DNA of 63,970 nucleotides, filler included, from Squatina squatina (lineage: Eukaryota), in NCBI GenBank assembly GCA_031763465.1. It is 4 parts of 4 records of this genome, joined end to end, with 100 filler letters (N's around TTAATTAATTAA, not from the genome) between each part and the next. Parts side by side here need not be neighbours in the genome. Positions count along the whole stretch, not along the records: positions 1 to 20,995 come from JARFOE010000192.1; 3 more parts are not named here. One strand, 5' to 3'. Shown here one piece after another: positions 1-10,665 of the stretch. Positions within the stretch are counted from its first letter, which is position 1, and each line of letters begins with the position of its first letter. The notes under the pieces were generated by a model. That model worked only from the letters and a program-made list of their open reading frames with translations, was not told the origin of the DNA and did not search any database. The position numbers were made by a program, and so were the translations under genes.

Positions 1-746
1 TATGAAACGTGGTAGGACGTGAACCTTGCAGCCATCTTCAAGGTGCGAGCGAGGAAGACTTTGCAAGTGCGTTTTCATGCGATTGAACAGGTAGGACGTC
101 AAAACTGACCGCTTTTCCTTAACGGTTGCGGGAGATGTGAGGTTTAGCAACAGATCAATATTGCTGTTGGACAACAAGCCACAAAGGAACAGCATGGTAA
201 ACTGCAGATGTTCACTGAATGGCTTGAGGGCATTTGTAGAGGAATACCTCATAGGGCTCAAGAAAGCTAAAACCTTATCACTTAGTTTGTTGCTTGACGG
301 TGTTGGTACATTACCATCGTCGAATAGTGCGAGGAAGTCCCGTGAACTGATCCCATCATCTAGAACTAATGAAAAAGCAGTGAAAAATGACTGGAGTGTT
401 AAGTGAATATATTCATATGTTGATTGGTTCCCACATCCATTATAAAGGCCAACAGTTTTTATGAAGCCCAGCTGCAAATCCTCTTCCCAAATGTTCGCTG
501 CTGCAATTTTCTCCTGGCTGAATACAAAATTGCTGTTTTCACTGCCTTTTAGCGCTAGTTTACCGAACCGCACTAGAGCTTCCTTTTTTGTTCTGAACAA
601 GTTTATCTGACTTCTGGCATTTTTCCTATTTAGATTGGCCGGAGAAGAATGGTTTAGGAAGACTTCAATCATGACCAGGTAAATGTCAGTCAGTGTGACG
701 GATTGTGACAAGCGCTGGGAGCTACACGTGGACTGAAAGTGTTCGT
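1..746 (-). CDS. NOD1: NOD1 paralogue A: partial large NACHT exon (winged helix / HD2 region), open across the whole fragment, cut by window edge and N gap
   Basis: Manual translation is stop-free: YEHFQSTCSSQRLSQSVTLTDIYLVMIEVFLN...DLQLGFIKTVGLYNGCGNQSTYEYIHLTLQSFFTAF...HLQFTMLFLCGLLS...KTHLQSLPRSHLEDGCKVHVLPRFI. Colinear with NOD1 motifs (TLTDVFLL, QLGF, YEFFHLTLQAFFTAF, FQFTNLFLCGLLS). Absent from the ORF track because it runs off the window. Confidence 0.9.
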
Positions 747-1850
747 NNNNNNNNNNNNNNNNNNNNNNNNNNNNNNNNNNNNNNNNNNNNNNNNNNNNNN
801 NNNNNNNNNNNNNNNNNNNNNNNNNNNNNNNNNNNNNNNNNNNNNNCGTATCTGCTTTATAAAGTATTACACTAAATAGGATTGCTTTTTATTTCCACAA
901 AAAAATAAGTGATTAAATATACAGAAAATGGTTATGGCTAGGGTGAAGGTGTAATGTGCTGTTGACTTGTTCAGCAGTTAGATGCTGGACAGTTGAGACT
1001 AGTGGAGCTTTGAGAGAAAATAGGAAGTGATAGATGATATCTGAAAGAAGGAACAGCCTTAGAAGACCAGGAGGGAGTGCCGAGGAAGGTGAGTTCAGCA
1101 GGTCAGGTCAAGAGATGGGGGAACTGAGAGAGACAGGAGACCCTCATTATTTTATGCACTGGTTTGCACCATTGCATTTTTAAATTATGGTTGCCTCAAT
1201 AACTTGGATTTCAAAGACCTTCAGACTACCTAAGTATTGCAGAATTCTCTCATTTCTTTACTTGTGGCCTAGTCTATGTGGATAAACTGAGATTTGTGTT
1301 GCTCATGTACAATGTCATACTCTGAATATTTATTAAAAAACTGTTCCATCCCAAAGTCCTGTCAAACTGTACGAGAAATCTTATCGATAATGGGTATTTT
1401 CACCCCTTGTAGATTCATTCAATTCCATTGGTTTTAAGTATCATTCTTTCTTGGCTGGTCTCACAGCCTCTCTAAGTTTTCGTCAACCTGTAAATAAATC
1501 TGATCTAAGTTTAAGCCTGTATGTATTGGTCTGATGGCATGACAGTTTCTGCTTTTTGATGGAGTCAGGTGAATATACGGGCATCTCATGCAGTTGATTT
1601 CATAGTTAAGGGGTAATTGTTAATTCTAGGAAGACTATCTTACTCAGAGCAGACACAATGGTAACAGTGCAGGTTCCAGATCTTTGGAGACTCGGCCTCT
1701 TCATGGAAAAGACCTTCTCACCATAAACACAAGAGAGGAGTGTTGGTAAANNNNNNNNNNNNNNNNNNNNNNNNNNNNNNNNNNNNNNNNNNNNNNNNNN
1801 NNNNNNNNNNNNNNNNNNNNNNNNNNNNNNNNNNNNNNNNNNNNNNNNNN

Positions 1851-3418
1851 CTACTTCTTTACTCTGCACCTCAACAACCATAGGAAGCGTGGAACAGCAC
1901 GCATCTGATAGAAATCATTGATCATGTATGTTTTCACGCAGCCAACAAGGTAAGACATCAATGCCGATCTCTTCTTTTGAACTTTTCTTTGGCAAGTCAA
2001 GTGATTCAATAAGTCTGTCTTGACTTTGGAAAGCAAACCACAAAGGAAAAACACAGTTAGTTGAAAATGCTCTCGGAACTCAAGCAAGTGTTCTCTGGAG
2101 CTCCTCTTAGAACTCAGACATGGGACTGAAGGGCTGAGTGCCTGTTGCTGTCTTCCAGGTGGAACACGCCCAGCGAAAAACTTAATGGTTTCCCTCGCAC
2201 TGATTTCCTCATCGACAACCAAGGTGAAAGCGGTGAAAAATGACTGGAGGGTCAAATGAAGGAACTCATAAGTTGATTGGTTCCCACATCCGTCATAATG
2301 GCCTGCAGTTTTGACAAAGCCCAACTGTAAATCCTCCTCGGAGATGTCGGCCGCTGAGATTTGCTCCTGACTGAAGATGAAGTTGCTGTTTACAATCCCC
2401 TCTTTTGCCAATTTGCCCAGTCTCATTAACGCGCCCCTCTTTGTTTTGAAGATCTCACTTTGACTATTGTTTCTTTTGTTCAATTCCACCTTAGAAGAAC
2501 GGTTTAGGAAGACCTCCAACATCAACAGGTAGATGTCAGTCAGCGTAACATAATCCGACAAGTGCTGGGAGCTACACGTGGACTGAAAGTGTTCGTAACA
2601 TTTAAATATAATCCAGCAAAACAATGGCACTGAACATAGACTGCACAGGTGAGGGTTCGCCTCCAGCTGGGTCAAAACCACAGTTTGATGGGCCTTGTTT
2701 TTGAAGAACTTCTTCAAATACCGCAGCAAATGGTCCTTGGAAAAGCCCTTCAGTGTTACTCTCTTTCTCACCATCCTCAGCGGTAGGCTTGTGCCAGTTC
2801 TTGCTGTCAATAGTTTTTTGGAACCTTTTAATAACTTTCCTCGGAAAAGATTCATCAACAGGGCCACTGGATGCGTGGGGTCAAAGGGCGATGAGATGTC
2901 AGGGATATCATTAAGGTCACAGTCCACATTAATTTCGTCAAACCCATCCAGTGTGAAGAGAACAGAAGCTGGGTGTTGCAGGATGTAACTGAATATCTCA
3001 TCAGCGTCTTTGTCAGGGTAACAGTTGTACTTGAACAGTAGATCTCTGAGAGAGATCTTGTCTTCCTTCTTAAAGCTATTGAAAACTCGGCATCTAAATT
3101 TGAAGAAGAATTTAACATCAGCGCAGAGCTCTCCCTTGGACCACAAGTTCTGAAGTCTCTGGAGCAGTATAGTCTTACCAACCCCAGCATCTCCAGTTAC
3201 ATACACCGTTTCTGCTTCTTCATTGATGACTCCAGTGTCACTGAACAGATCCACCAAGTGGGAGATACTTCCTTGGGTTTCATTGACTGCGTAGATTAAT
3301 TCAATAAGAGTCTCTGTGTAGGTATCGTCCAGCAAGATGTCTTCTTTCTGGACATACGAAGTGATGAACTTTGTTTCTCTTTTCAATTGACGTCGAAGCT
3401 TTTCAGAATACTGACGAA
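1851..3418 (-). CDS. NOD1: NOD1 paralogue B: large NACHT exon, ending in an apparent frameshift and premature stop before the LRRs
   Basis: Acceptor ttctacattcAG at 3420-3419 (phase 1, G|TT = Val, then RQYSEKLRRQLKRETKF). Walker A GDAGVGKT, FFFKFRCR, Walker B LFTLDGFDE, LLTAR, CSLCSVPLFCWII, YEFLHLTLQSFFTAF: all characteristic of NOD1. Confidence 0.93.
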
Positions 3419-3767
3419 CTGAATGTAGAAATTGATAGGGTAAGAATAGAGTGAGTTAGACTCGTAAGAGGTACATCTATATTTAGCACACCTCAACATT
3501 AGGTACATGGCCACTTGCTAAAAGGATACCAGCAAGTGAACAAGNNNNNNNNNNNNNNNNNNNNNNNNNNNNNNNNNNNNNNNNNNNNNNNNNNNNNNNN
3601 NNNNNNNNNNNNNNNNNNNNNNNNNNNNNNNNNNNNNNNNNNNNTAACCAAGGCTCTATACAATATTAATGGTTGCTGTGAAAGGGAGAAATGGGAAATT
3701 TTGGCCAAGTCCACACTGTCACATGAAAGGAAACTTCCCTGTTCCCTGTTCTTGCCAACCTTTGTAC

Positions 3768-3953
3768 CTTGTTGTGTCGAATTCTATTCTTCTGTACGAG
3801 TTCCTTATCTTGCGGCGTGAAGTATCCGGACTGTAGCAGGTTATCCAGGATGCACTCTGTGTTTTTAATTCCATTCACTAACTCTACCCGATACACCGTG
3901 AGGAGATCGAGGTAAGAGGCAACCGGCTGCTTATAGACTGCTGTCTCTTCCAT
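3768..3953 (-). CDS. NOD1: NOD1 first coding exon (N-terminal half of CARD), 62 codons
   Basis: MEETAVYKQPVASYLDLLTVYRVELVNGIKNTECILDNLLQSGYFTPQDKELVQKNRIRHNK followed by donor AAG|GTACAA. Matches NOD1 RELLVTHIRNTQCLVDNLLKNDYF...DK| in sequence and exon end. In-frame TGA 7 codons upstream of the ATG. Confidence 0.88.
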
Positions 3954-4182
3954 ATTAAATGCTGATCTGTTTCACTTTCTTCTTCGCTGGTATTTGAAGC
4001 AATGGACCGAGATCNNNNNNNNNNTGGTGCATTGAATCCTCAAATCAAACCTCCACCAAACAGCCGACCTTCTACCTAAATACAAAACTTCACATCTCCT
4101 TATATGCAATCAGAGACTTCCTCAATGGGTTGACTCACTTCCGGCACAGTAATACCACGCTGTTACATAACTTACTCTGTTA

Positions 4183-4680
4183 AGGGACTTGAGCACATAA
4201 TCCAGATTGACACTCTAGTGCTGTAAAGAGGGAGTACCACACTGTCAGAGGTGCCACCTTTAGATGAGGCATTAACCCGTGGCTCCATCTGCCCTCTCAG
4301 GTGGACAGAAAAAATTAGTGGCACTATTTCAAAGGCAAATGTAGTCACTGTTGTAATATAGGCAATGCAGCAAACAGCAGTGTGATGATGACTAGATAAT
4401 CTGTTTTAGAAATGTTGGTTGAGGGATAAATATTGGCCCAGGACTGGGAGAACTCCCCCGCTCTGTGTACAAATTGGCTGCTGCATTTATTATATTACAA
4501 TAGTGATATTTGTCTTCTTCAAAATAGTGGAATGGGATCTTTTATGTCCATCTGAGAGGGCAAACTGGGCTATGGTTTAATGTCACATCCAAAAGACTCT
4601 GACAGTGTGGCACTCCCTCAGAACTACATTGAAATGCCTGCCTAGATTATGTGATCAAGTCTCCAGAGGTGCGACCCATT
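4183..4680. mobile_element. Two Deu-domain-type SINE fragments in inverted orientation
   Basis: 4183-4335 (GCACATAATCCAG...GAGGGAGTACCACACTGTCAGAG...GTGGCACTATTT) is the reverse complement of about 4520-4665. Resembles the shark DeuSINE/SacSINE1 family. Confidence 0.7.
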
Positions 4681-5228
4681 GAGCTATGGCTGTATTTTGT
4701 CAGAAGATAAAATACAAAATTTATGCAACACATTATCAAGTTCTCTTTATCAGGAAGGGGTGGTTAATCCAAACTGATACTCTGTTGAGGGATGGATCAT
4801 GCCAGGCTGAGGCCGAGGATCATGGGAGTTGGGGCTGATGATCTAGTCGAGGTATTTAAAATGTCAAAAGGATTTNNNNNNNNNNNNNNNNNNNNNNNNN
4901 NNNNNNNNNNNNNNNNNNNNNNNNNNNNNNNNNNNNNNNNNNNNNNNNNNNNNNNNNNNNNNNNNNNNNNNNNNNTAAAAAATTTCTTTTTTTGTATTTG
5001 CATTATAGATTTCCACGTTTATTGCGAGTTGCCCATGTAAACTTGGCATGCTGGAATTACAATTACTTTCCTGCCAGTGATGTTACCACAGTGCAACAAC
5101 CAGGGGAAAGGTGCAATTACAGAGTGACCAGATTCATAGGGATTTACAATGGGAAAAACTAAGGGAAGCATGAATAGGTGCAAGATTTCGAGTAATTAAT
5201 TGATTGGATATGTGGAGGAAATACTTAC

Positions 5229-5378
5229 CAGCGTCTGTAATAATTACTGATTTGGCCTGGATGTGTTCTGACGGCTGGTACTCTATTTCTTTCAGCCATG
5301 GGCTAAGGTCTGTGTAAACCTCACTGGCCTGGTACAGAATGTGTAGGAAATACTCCGCTGTTTCCTCTCCCTTGCTCT
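5229..5378 (-). CDS. NOD1: NOD1 second CARD exon (partial; 5' end lost in a 10-N gap)
   Basis: SKGEETAEYFLHILYQASEVYTDLSPWLKEIEYQPSEHIQAKSVIITDA followed by G|GTAAGT (phase 1). Matches NOD1 SKGEEVSEFFLYLL...WLLEIGFSPS...VVNTDP and is phase-compatible with the acceptor at 3418. Confidence 0.88.
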
Positions 5379-5868
5379 NNNNNNNNNNAGTGTAATGGTT
5401 GATGCATACTGTCACCAGGAGTCATTAATCAATCTGACAATAAGGGTGCTATATGCAGTAAGTTTGGATATTCTCGATTCAGTTCCTAGAGGGCTTGTTC
5501 CTACAGCGCAAAGCTGTCCCTAATTTTGCGCAACTTGGCCACTTGTTTGGTATGGGGAATGGAAAACGTTGCACTAGTACGGGAGGGAGTGCTCCTCTGA
5601 GATTGGTGCTGAGGCACATTGCTGGGACTAGAGCTGATTTAGATCCGCTAAACCAGCCAAACCTGGAATCATCCGGTCTGCATGGCTTAGTGCTAATATC
5701 AGATGGTGCCTTTACCCATGAGGTAGTTGGGGGCCGAAATTCATCTCCTGTTGTGCCCTATTAGTGCCNNNNNNNNNNNNNNNNNNNNNNNNNNNNNNNN
5801 NNNNNNNNNNNNNNNNNNNNNNNNNNNNNNNNNNNNNNNNNNNNNNNNNNNNNNNNNNNNNNNNNNNN

Positions 5869-6205
5869 CAAGTGGAAACACTCTCTCTGTATCCACTCTA
5901 TCAAAACCTTTCATCATTTTAAAGACCTCTATTAGGTCACCCTCAATTAATGTACCACCGGTCATGCATCACAATCACAATTAAAGCAATTACCAGGGGG
6001 TGGGTCTCATGTTCTCCGGGGAACAGTGGAGTCTTCCTCCTTACTGCTCAGCCATCTCCTTTCAAGAGAAAAGACACCCAGCCTGTTTATCCTTTCCTGA
6101 CAGGTATGCCCTCGCATTTCTGGTATCATCCTTGCAAATCTTCTTTGCACCCACTTCAGTGCTTTTATATCCTTTTTATAATATGGTGACCAGAATTGTG
6201 CACAC
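5869..6205 (-). mobile_element. CR1 LINE ORF2 3' remnants
   Basis: GDLIEVFKMMKGFDRVDTERVFPL motif typical of the CR1 ORF2 C-terminus. Confidence 0.75.
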
Positions 6206-6227
6206 TTATACTATTCGCTTCAACTAC

Positions 6228-6852
6228 AGGTGCCATTACACTACTAGGCATATTCTATCGGCCACCAACTTGTGGGAAGGATGTAGAGGAGCAAATTTGC
6301 AGGCAAATTACAGAGAGGTGCAGGAACTATAGAGTAGTGATAATGGGGGACTTCAACTATCCTAATATAGACTGGGAAAATAGTATAAAGGGCAGAGAGG
6401 GGGAAGAACTTCTGAAGTGTGTTCAGGAGAACTTTCTTGATCAGTATGTTTGTGCCCCAACGAGGAAGGAGGCATTGCTGGATCTGGTTCTGGGGAAGGA
6501 GGCAGGTCCAGTGGAGCAATTGTCATTGGGTGAATGGGGACAGGGAGTAATCAAGAGTAAAAACACTTAAGTGGAGGAAGGCAAAGTTCAATGGGATAAG
6601 AACAGATCTGGCCTGGGTAAATTTGAATCAAAAATTGGCAGGCAAAACTATAGTGGAACAATGGACTACCTTTAAAGAGGAAATGGTTCGGGTACAGTCG
6701 AAGTACATTCTCACGAGGGGGAAAGGTAGGGCAACTAAATTCAGAGCTCCCTGGATGACGAAAGAGATAAAGAGTAAGATGAAGCCGAAAAAGAGCGTGT
6801 ATGACAGATATCAGGTCGAGAATATATCTGAGAATCAGGCTAAATATAGAAA
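6228..6852 (+). mobile_element. CR1 LINE ORF2 endonuclease-region fragment
   Basis: GIFYRPP, VVIMGDFNYPNIDW, FLDQYV.APTR..ALLDLVL and PWMT motifs. Confidence 0.9.
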
Positions 6853-6952
6853 NNNNNNNNNNNNNNNNNNNNNNNNNNNNNNNNNNNNNNNNNNNNNNNN
6901 NNNNNNNNNNNNNNNNNNNNNNNNNNNNNNNNNNNNNNNNNNNNNNNNNNNN

Positions 6953-7331
6953 GATATTTCTCTTTTGATATCAGAGAGCTCTTGATCAGTAAACTGAACT
7001 CTACTTCTCAGGATCCACGTTGCCTGCAACTCAGTTTCTTCGTGAATCTTTACTCTCTGTTCTTCTAGTAGCTCATTTCCTTTGGATTTCAACTCAGCAA
7101 TTTTGGACAAGAGACTAATCTGGTGTCCAAGGACCGCCAACTTGTGCAGACTTGTGTTAGACTCATGCAGCTGAAGCTGCAGATTTTGGCTTTCCATTGG
7201 ATAAAAGTCAAACAATTCCTTCTTCACTTCCAGAAATTGCTCGAGCTGCTCTCTGCGTCTTTTGTGCTCCTCTTCACCTCCCAAGATCTTCTCTTTGGCC
7301 CTCTCCATTTCAGCCAGAGTGCTCTTGATGA
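6953..7331 (-). CDS. ZNFX1: ZNFX1 terminal-exon fragment (helical region after the RING-like segment)
   Basis: KSTLAEMERAKEKILG...WILRSRVQFTDQELSDIKREI matches ZNFX1 IKQRLEEIEIIKEKIQG...WLAKKRLSFTSQELSDLRSEI. Confidence 0.85.
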
Positions 7332-7340
7332 NNNNNNNNN

Positions 7341-8523
7341 NGTGTCGAGCACTTGGGGCAAAGGCTGAGCTTTGACCCTATCCCGTCAACTTCTGATTGC
7401 AACATCCAGTCATCGAATCCGGACACCGCAAAGATGTGATGGCAATCTTCCAGCTGGAGGAATCTGGTCTCAGGGTTGTCTTCCCTTCCGAAGAATATCT
7501 CAGTGACTTCAGCCTCGTGGCAGAGGCGGCACTTGCTGGGGCATGGCTCTCCACACAGGCCGATGCAAGGGTGCCCGCACTGAAGCGCTCGGTCACACGG
7601 TCTGTCGCAAGGCTTCCGGTCACAAGGCTCGTGGCACAGCCTTGTGCACCGGTAGTGCGGGCAGGCCCACTCGCAGGGCTCCCTGCAGGGCACGCACAGC
7701 TCGCCGCATTCCTTTGGGCACTTGCTGTGCGGGCAACGGTTCTCGCAGGCCTGGGTGCAAGGTGGGCACTCTCTGGCGCAGCACAAGCTGCACGTGTGGG
7801 AGCAGACCAGCGTTCGCCCGCAGGGAGAGCTACAGGCCACGTGAAGCCGCCCGCCAGCGCACTTGAAGCAGGCAGCCGCGCAGGAATGGCCACACGCCAG
7901 CTGCGTCTTGCATGGTGCGCGGCAGTGCCTTGTTCCGCCGGTCAGCTCGCTCTCCTTCCTCAGGTGGCACAGCACCTGCCTCTCGTGACCGCACTTCAAC
8001 GGGACCTTAACCTTTGCGGGGCACTTCACTGTGCAGGTCTCCCCGCAGTGTTGCACACACTGGTGGCCACAGTCGATGGTTTTGCTGCAGGGCTCCAGGC
8101 AGCAGAACAGCTCCGGTAGAAGGGAGCAAGGGACCTGTTGCTCGTGATTACACCGAGGGATGACTTTGGTCACCTTCACCTGACACTCACCGCACGGGTT
8201 GCAGCATAGGTCAGAGCATTGGTGTCCCAACTTGCAGTGTAACCGGCAGGGTGCCTGACACTGGTACTGCTTGTGCTGCAGGTCATACGGATGGCAAGAG
8301 AGAGCACATGTGTGGCCACATTTCAGTTGGAATTTACACGGCAGCGAGCACCCTCCTTCGGGAGCCTGTTGAAAATCTTCCGCTGACGACACCACAGCGT
8401 TGTTTCTTGGATGCTTTTGGCAGCACAACTTCAGCGTGTGGCCTATTTTGCCATTTCTGCGTAGCATGTCAACAATTTCTCTCCACAGTGGGACCTTGCT
8501 CGACAACATGCTCATGTTGCCTA
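7341..8523 (-). CDS. ZNFX1: ZNFX1 fragment: end of SF1 helicase, NF-X1-type zinc-finger repeats, RING-like segment
   Basis: GNMSMLSSKVPLW...LCCQKHP...PEGGCSLPC, repeated LxCGHxC fingers, CGHPCIGLCGEPCP, EIFFG.ED...RFLQLEDCHHIF...CPKC. Confidence 0.95.
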
Positions 8524-8623
8524 NNNNNNNNNNNNNNNNNNNNNNNNNNNNNNNNNNNNNNNNNNNNNNNNNNNNNNNNNNNNNNNNNNNNNNNNNNNNN
8601 NNNNNNNNNNNNNNNNNNNNNNN

Positions 8624-9245
8624 ACCATTAGAAAAGTATCCGCTGGCTTAATGACCACCAGCTTCTGACGGCTTTCTTCAGTAAAGCAGAGTGTGATGAT
8701 ACCTTTTTTCAGTTCTTCAAGGCTTCTATGTGCCACTGTTGCAAACAGCATAGTTTCAAAGTTATCTTTGGATAGGCAAAGTAAAGACCCGTACAGCAGT
8801 CGCTTGGAGCTCTCCCATCGAACAAATTTTAGCAAATTTATTTGAAATTGAACTCGGTAGAAGACACCATTATGTGTGCACAGCGGGCCCAGTATATGCG
8901 CATCAAAATAAATTCTGATGTCATCGATTTGTTTCTTCTTCAGATCTTTCTGGTCATAAGTCAACAGCTTGGAAATACCATCCCTCAATGGCCGAACAAA
9001 GTCTTCACGGAGTAAGCGAAAGTGTGTGTCAAGGTATGTGGGAGTGTCTGGATATTTTCCAGTGATGATATTCGGTCTCACGTAAGGCTTGTCGATTAAA
9101 TGGATGTCGTTGTACGTTGGATATATTGGAATAAGTCTAAAGTTTTCCACCTCAGTCCCCAGGAAGTAGGTGTAGGTATCAGATTTCAATTTCCCATCTC
9201 GCTTCTTCTCTTGCAGAATCGCAACTATCTGCTGCAGGTTTTGTA
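8624..9245 (-). CDS. ZNFX1: ZNFX1 N-terminal large-exon fragment (pre-helicase region)
   Basis: LQEKKRDGKLKSDTY...IPIYPT...RPNIITGKY...YLDTHFRLLREDFVRPLRDGI...VRWESSKRLLYGSLLCLSKDNFET is diagnostic of ZNFX1. Confidence 0.95.
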
Positions 9246-9447
9246 NNNNNNNNNNNNNNNNNNNNNNNNNNNNNNNNNNNNNNNNNNNNNNNNNNNNNNN
9301 NNNNNNNNNNNNNNNNNNNNNNNNNNNNNNNNNNNNNNNNNNNNNGCAGAGTGAAAATCAATCCCCTCCAAATTATATTGAACAACCAAGGTATTCAGAG
9401 GAGAGGAGTATGTGTATCCCAAGGTGCAGTACTAATCCTACACTTGC

Positions 9448-9576
9448 CTCTCATCCGTGGCATCATTGGTGGTCTCATTCCTGGAGGAATTCCCATGGGA
9501 ACTCCTCTGCCAGAAGGCATCCCCATCAGTGGTGGTCCAAATGGAAGTCGCATACCAGGAGGTGGTCCCATAAAGC
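9448..9576 (-). CDS. SNRPB: SNRPB/SmB-like exon (Pro/Gly/Met-rich tail, penultimate-exon equivalent)
   Basis: Acceptor ctctctgttacAG at 9578-9577; [44 protein letters not shown]; ends at AG|GCAAGT (GC donor). Divergent, may be a paralogue. Confidence 0.8.
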
Positions 9577-10387
9577 CTGTAACAGAGAGATTGATGGTAT
9601 GTTTGCAATTTGCAGCAATCAATGCTGGAATAATTTATTTTGTCTTTTTATGTTCTCATTCGATCCCACCCGAGCCCTGCACCGTTCCCCAAACTGAGTA
9701 GGTAGGCAAGCGATCTAGCATGGTCAACACAACTCCTGAACCTCTTGCTAAGTGGTGTGCTGAAGGAAACATCATCCCTCTATGGAGAAAGTGTTCAAGT
9801 TGTTCAACAAGAGAGTGGGAAAAAGAAAACTTCAGGAGATCTAGTCATCGAAGCATTATAGAAAATAAAAGCAGGAATGTAGGACTTTAATAAGGACTGA
9901 ACTGTAAAGCCACTTCACAAACTATACTCAAGTCTTAACCATCCACATGCAATGCCAGGGGAGATGGTCGACTCCTGGTACAACCAGTCAAAGCAAAGTA
10001 TATGGGGTAGTATCCTGATCTATCTGGTCATAGGTGAGAGATTCAATATTCCGCGCTATTACATTTTGTAAAATTAATTCTACAAATCAACTTCAACCAT
10101 CTGAAATAGGAATGCCACATTCAATTTTACGTTTGGCAAGGGGACGAGTTATAAAAGAAATACCATGATGACTGCTTCTCTGAACATAACTGACTGCCAC
10201 ATCACACTGCCAAGTGTGATGTAACAGCAGGAGTTGTTAATAATGTGAGGAAAAAAGGATTTGGAATATATTTGCAGAACTTGTGTGACTGGAGAGATCC
10301 TTATCACTTGTAAGTTGGTGCAGAGCTATAAACTCAAAAGCTGCCAACAATTTCATTCTGAATTACGATAGGACAACAGCCTGTTTA

Positions 10388-10523
10388 GGGGTAATTTTCA
10401 ACTTCGCATCGTGGCTAGTAACCTATCAGAGCAGATTGCCCACTCTTTATGGAGTCCAGGAAGATTCTACAACAAACAGGTGATCCGCTCCACCAGTTTA
10501 CTGCCCAGGTTGAAAAATGATCC
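10388..10523. mobile_element. Short palindromic MITE in the SNRPB-like intron
   Basis: Ends GGGGTAATTTTCAAC ... GTTGAAAAATGATCC are inverted repeats; internal arms are also complementary. Confidence 0.6.
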
Positions 10524-10665
10524 TTGAGATTAAAAAATGAGTCGTCGAACAAATGCATCTTTAGCTAAGTAGAGCCTGCAAATCTTGTTCTGGTCAGATA
10601 CGGGGTCTCTTGCATCCCGGCCTTAACCAGTACCCAGTGTCATGGGCAAATACTCATTGACATAC

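Noticed and set aside
1262-1489. Possible decayed CARD-like exon between the NOD1 copies (LTGLWDGTVF / SEYDIV pieces after an acceptor-like site)
   Set aside because: Needs stops and frameshifts to assemble; similarity too weak to support.
7378-8119. Alternative-frame and antisense ORFs of 107-240 aa
   Set aside because: Shadow ORFs of the GC-rich ZNFX1 zinc-finger exon.
9577-10665. Intronic C/D snoRNA (SNORD119 is hosted by SNRPB in other vertebrates)
   Set aside because: No properly spaced C box and D box with terminal stem on the minus strand; the ATGATGA...CTGA at about 10165-10193 is on the wrong strand and too short.
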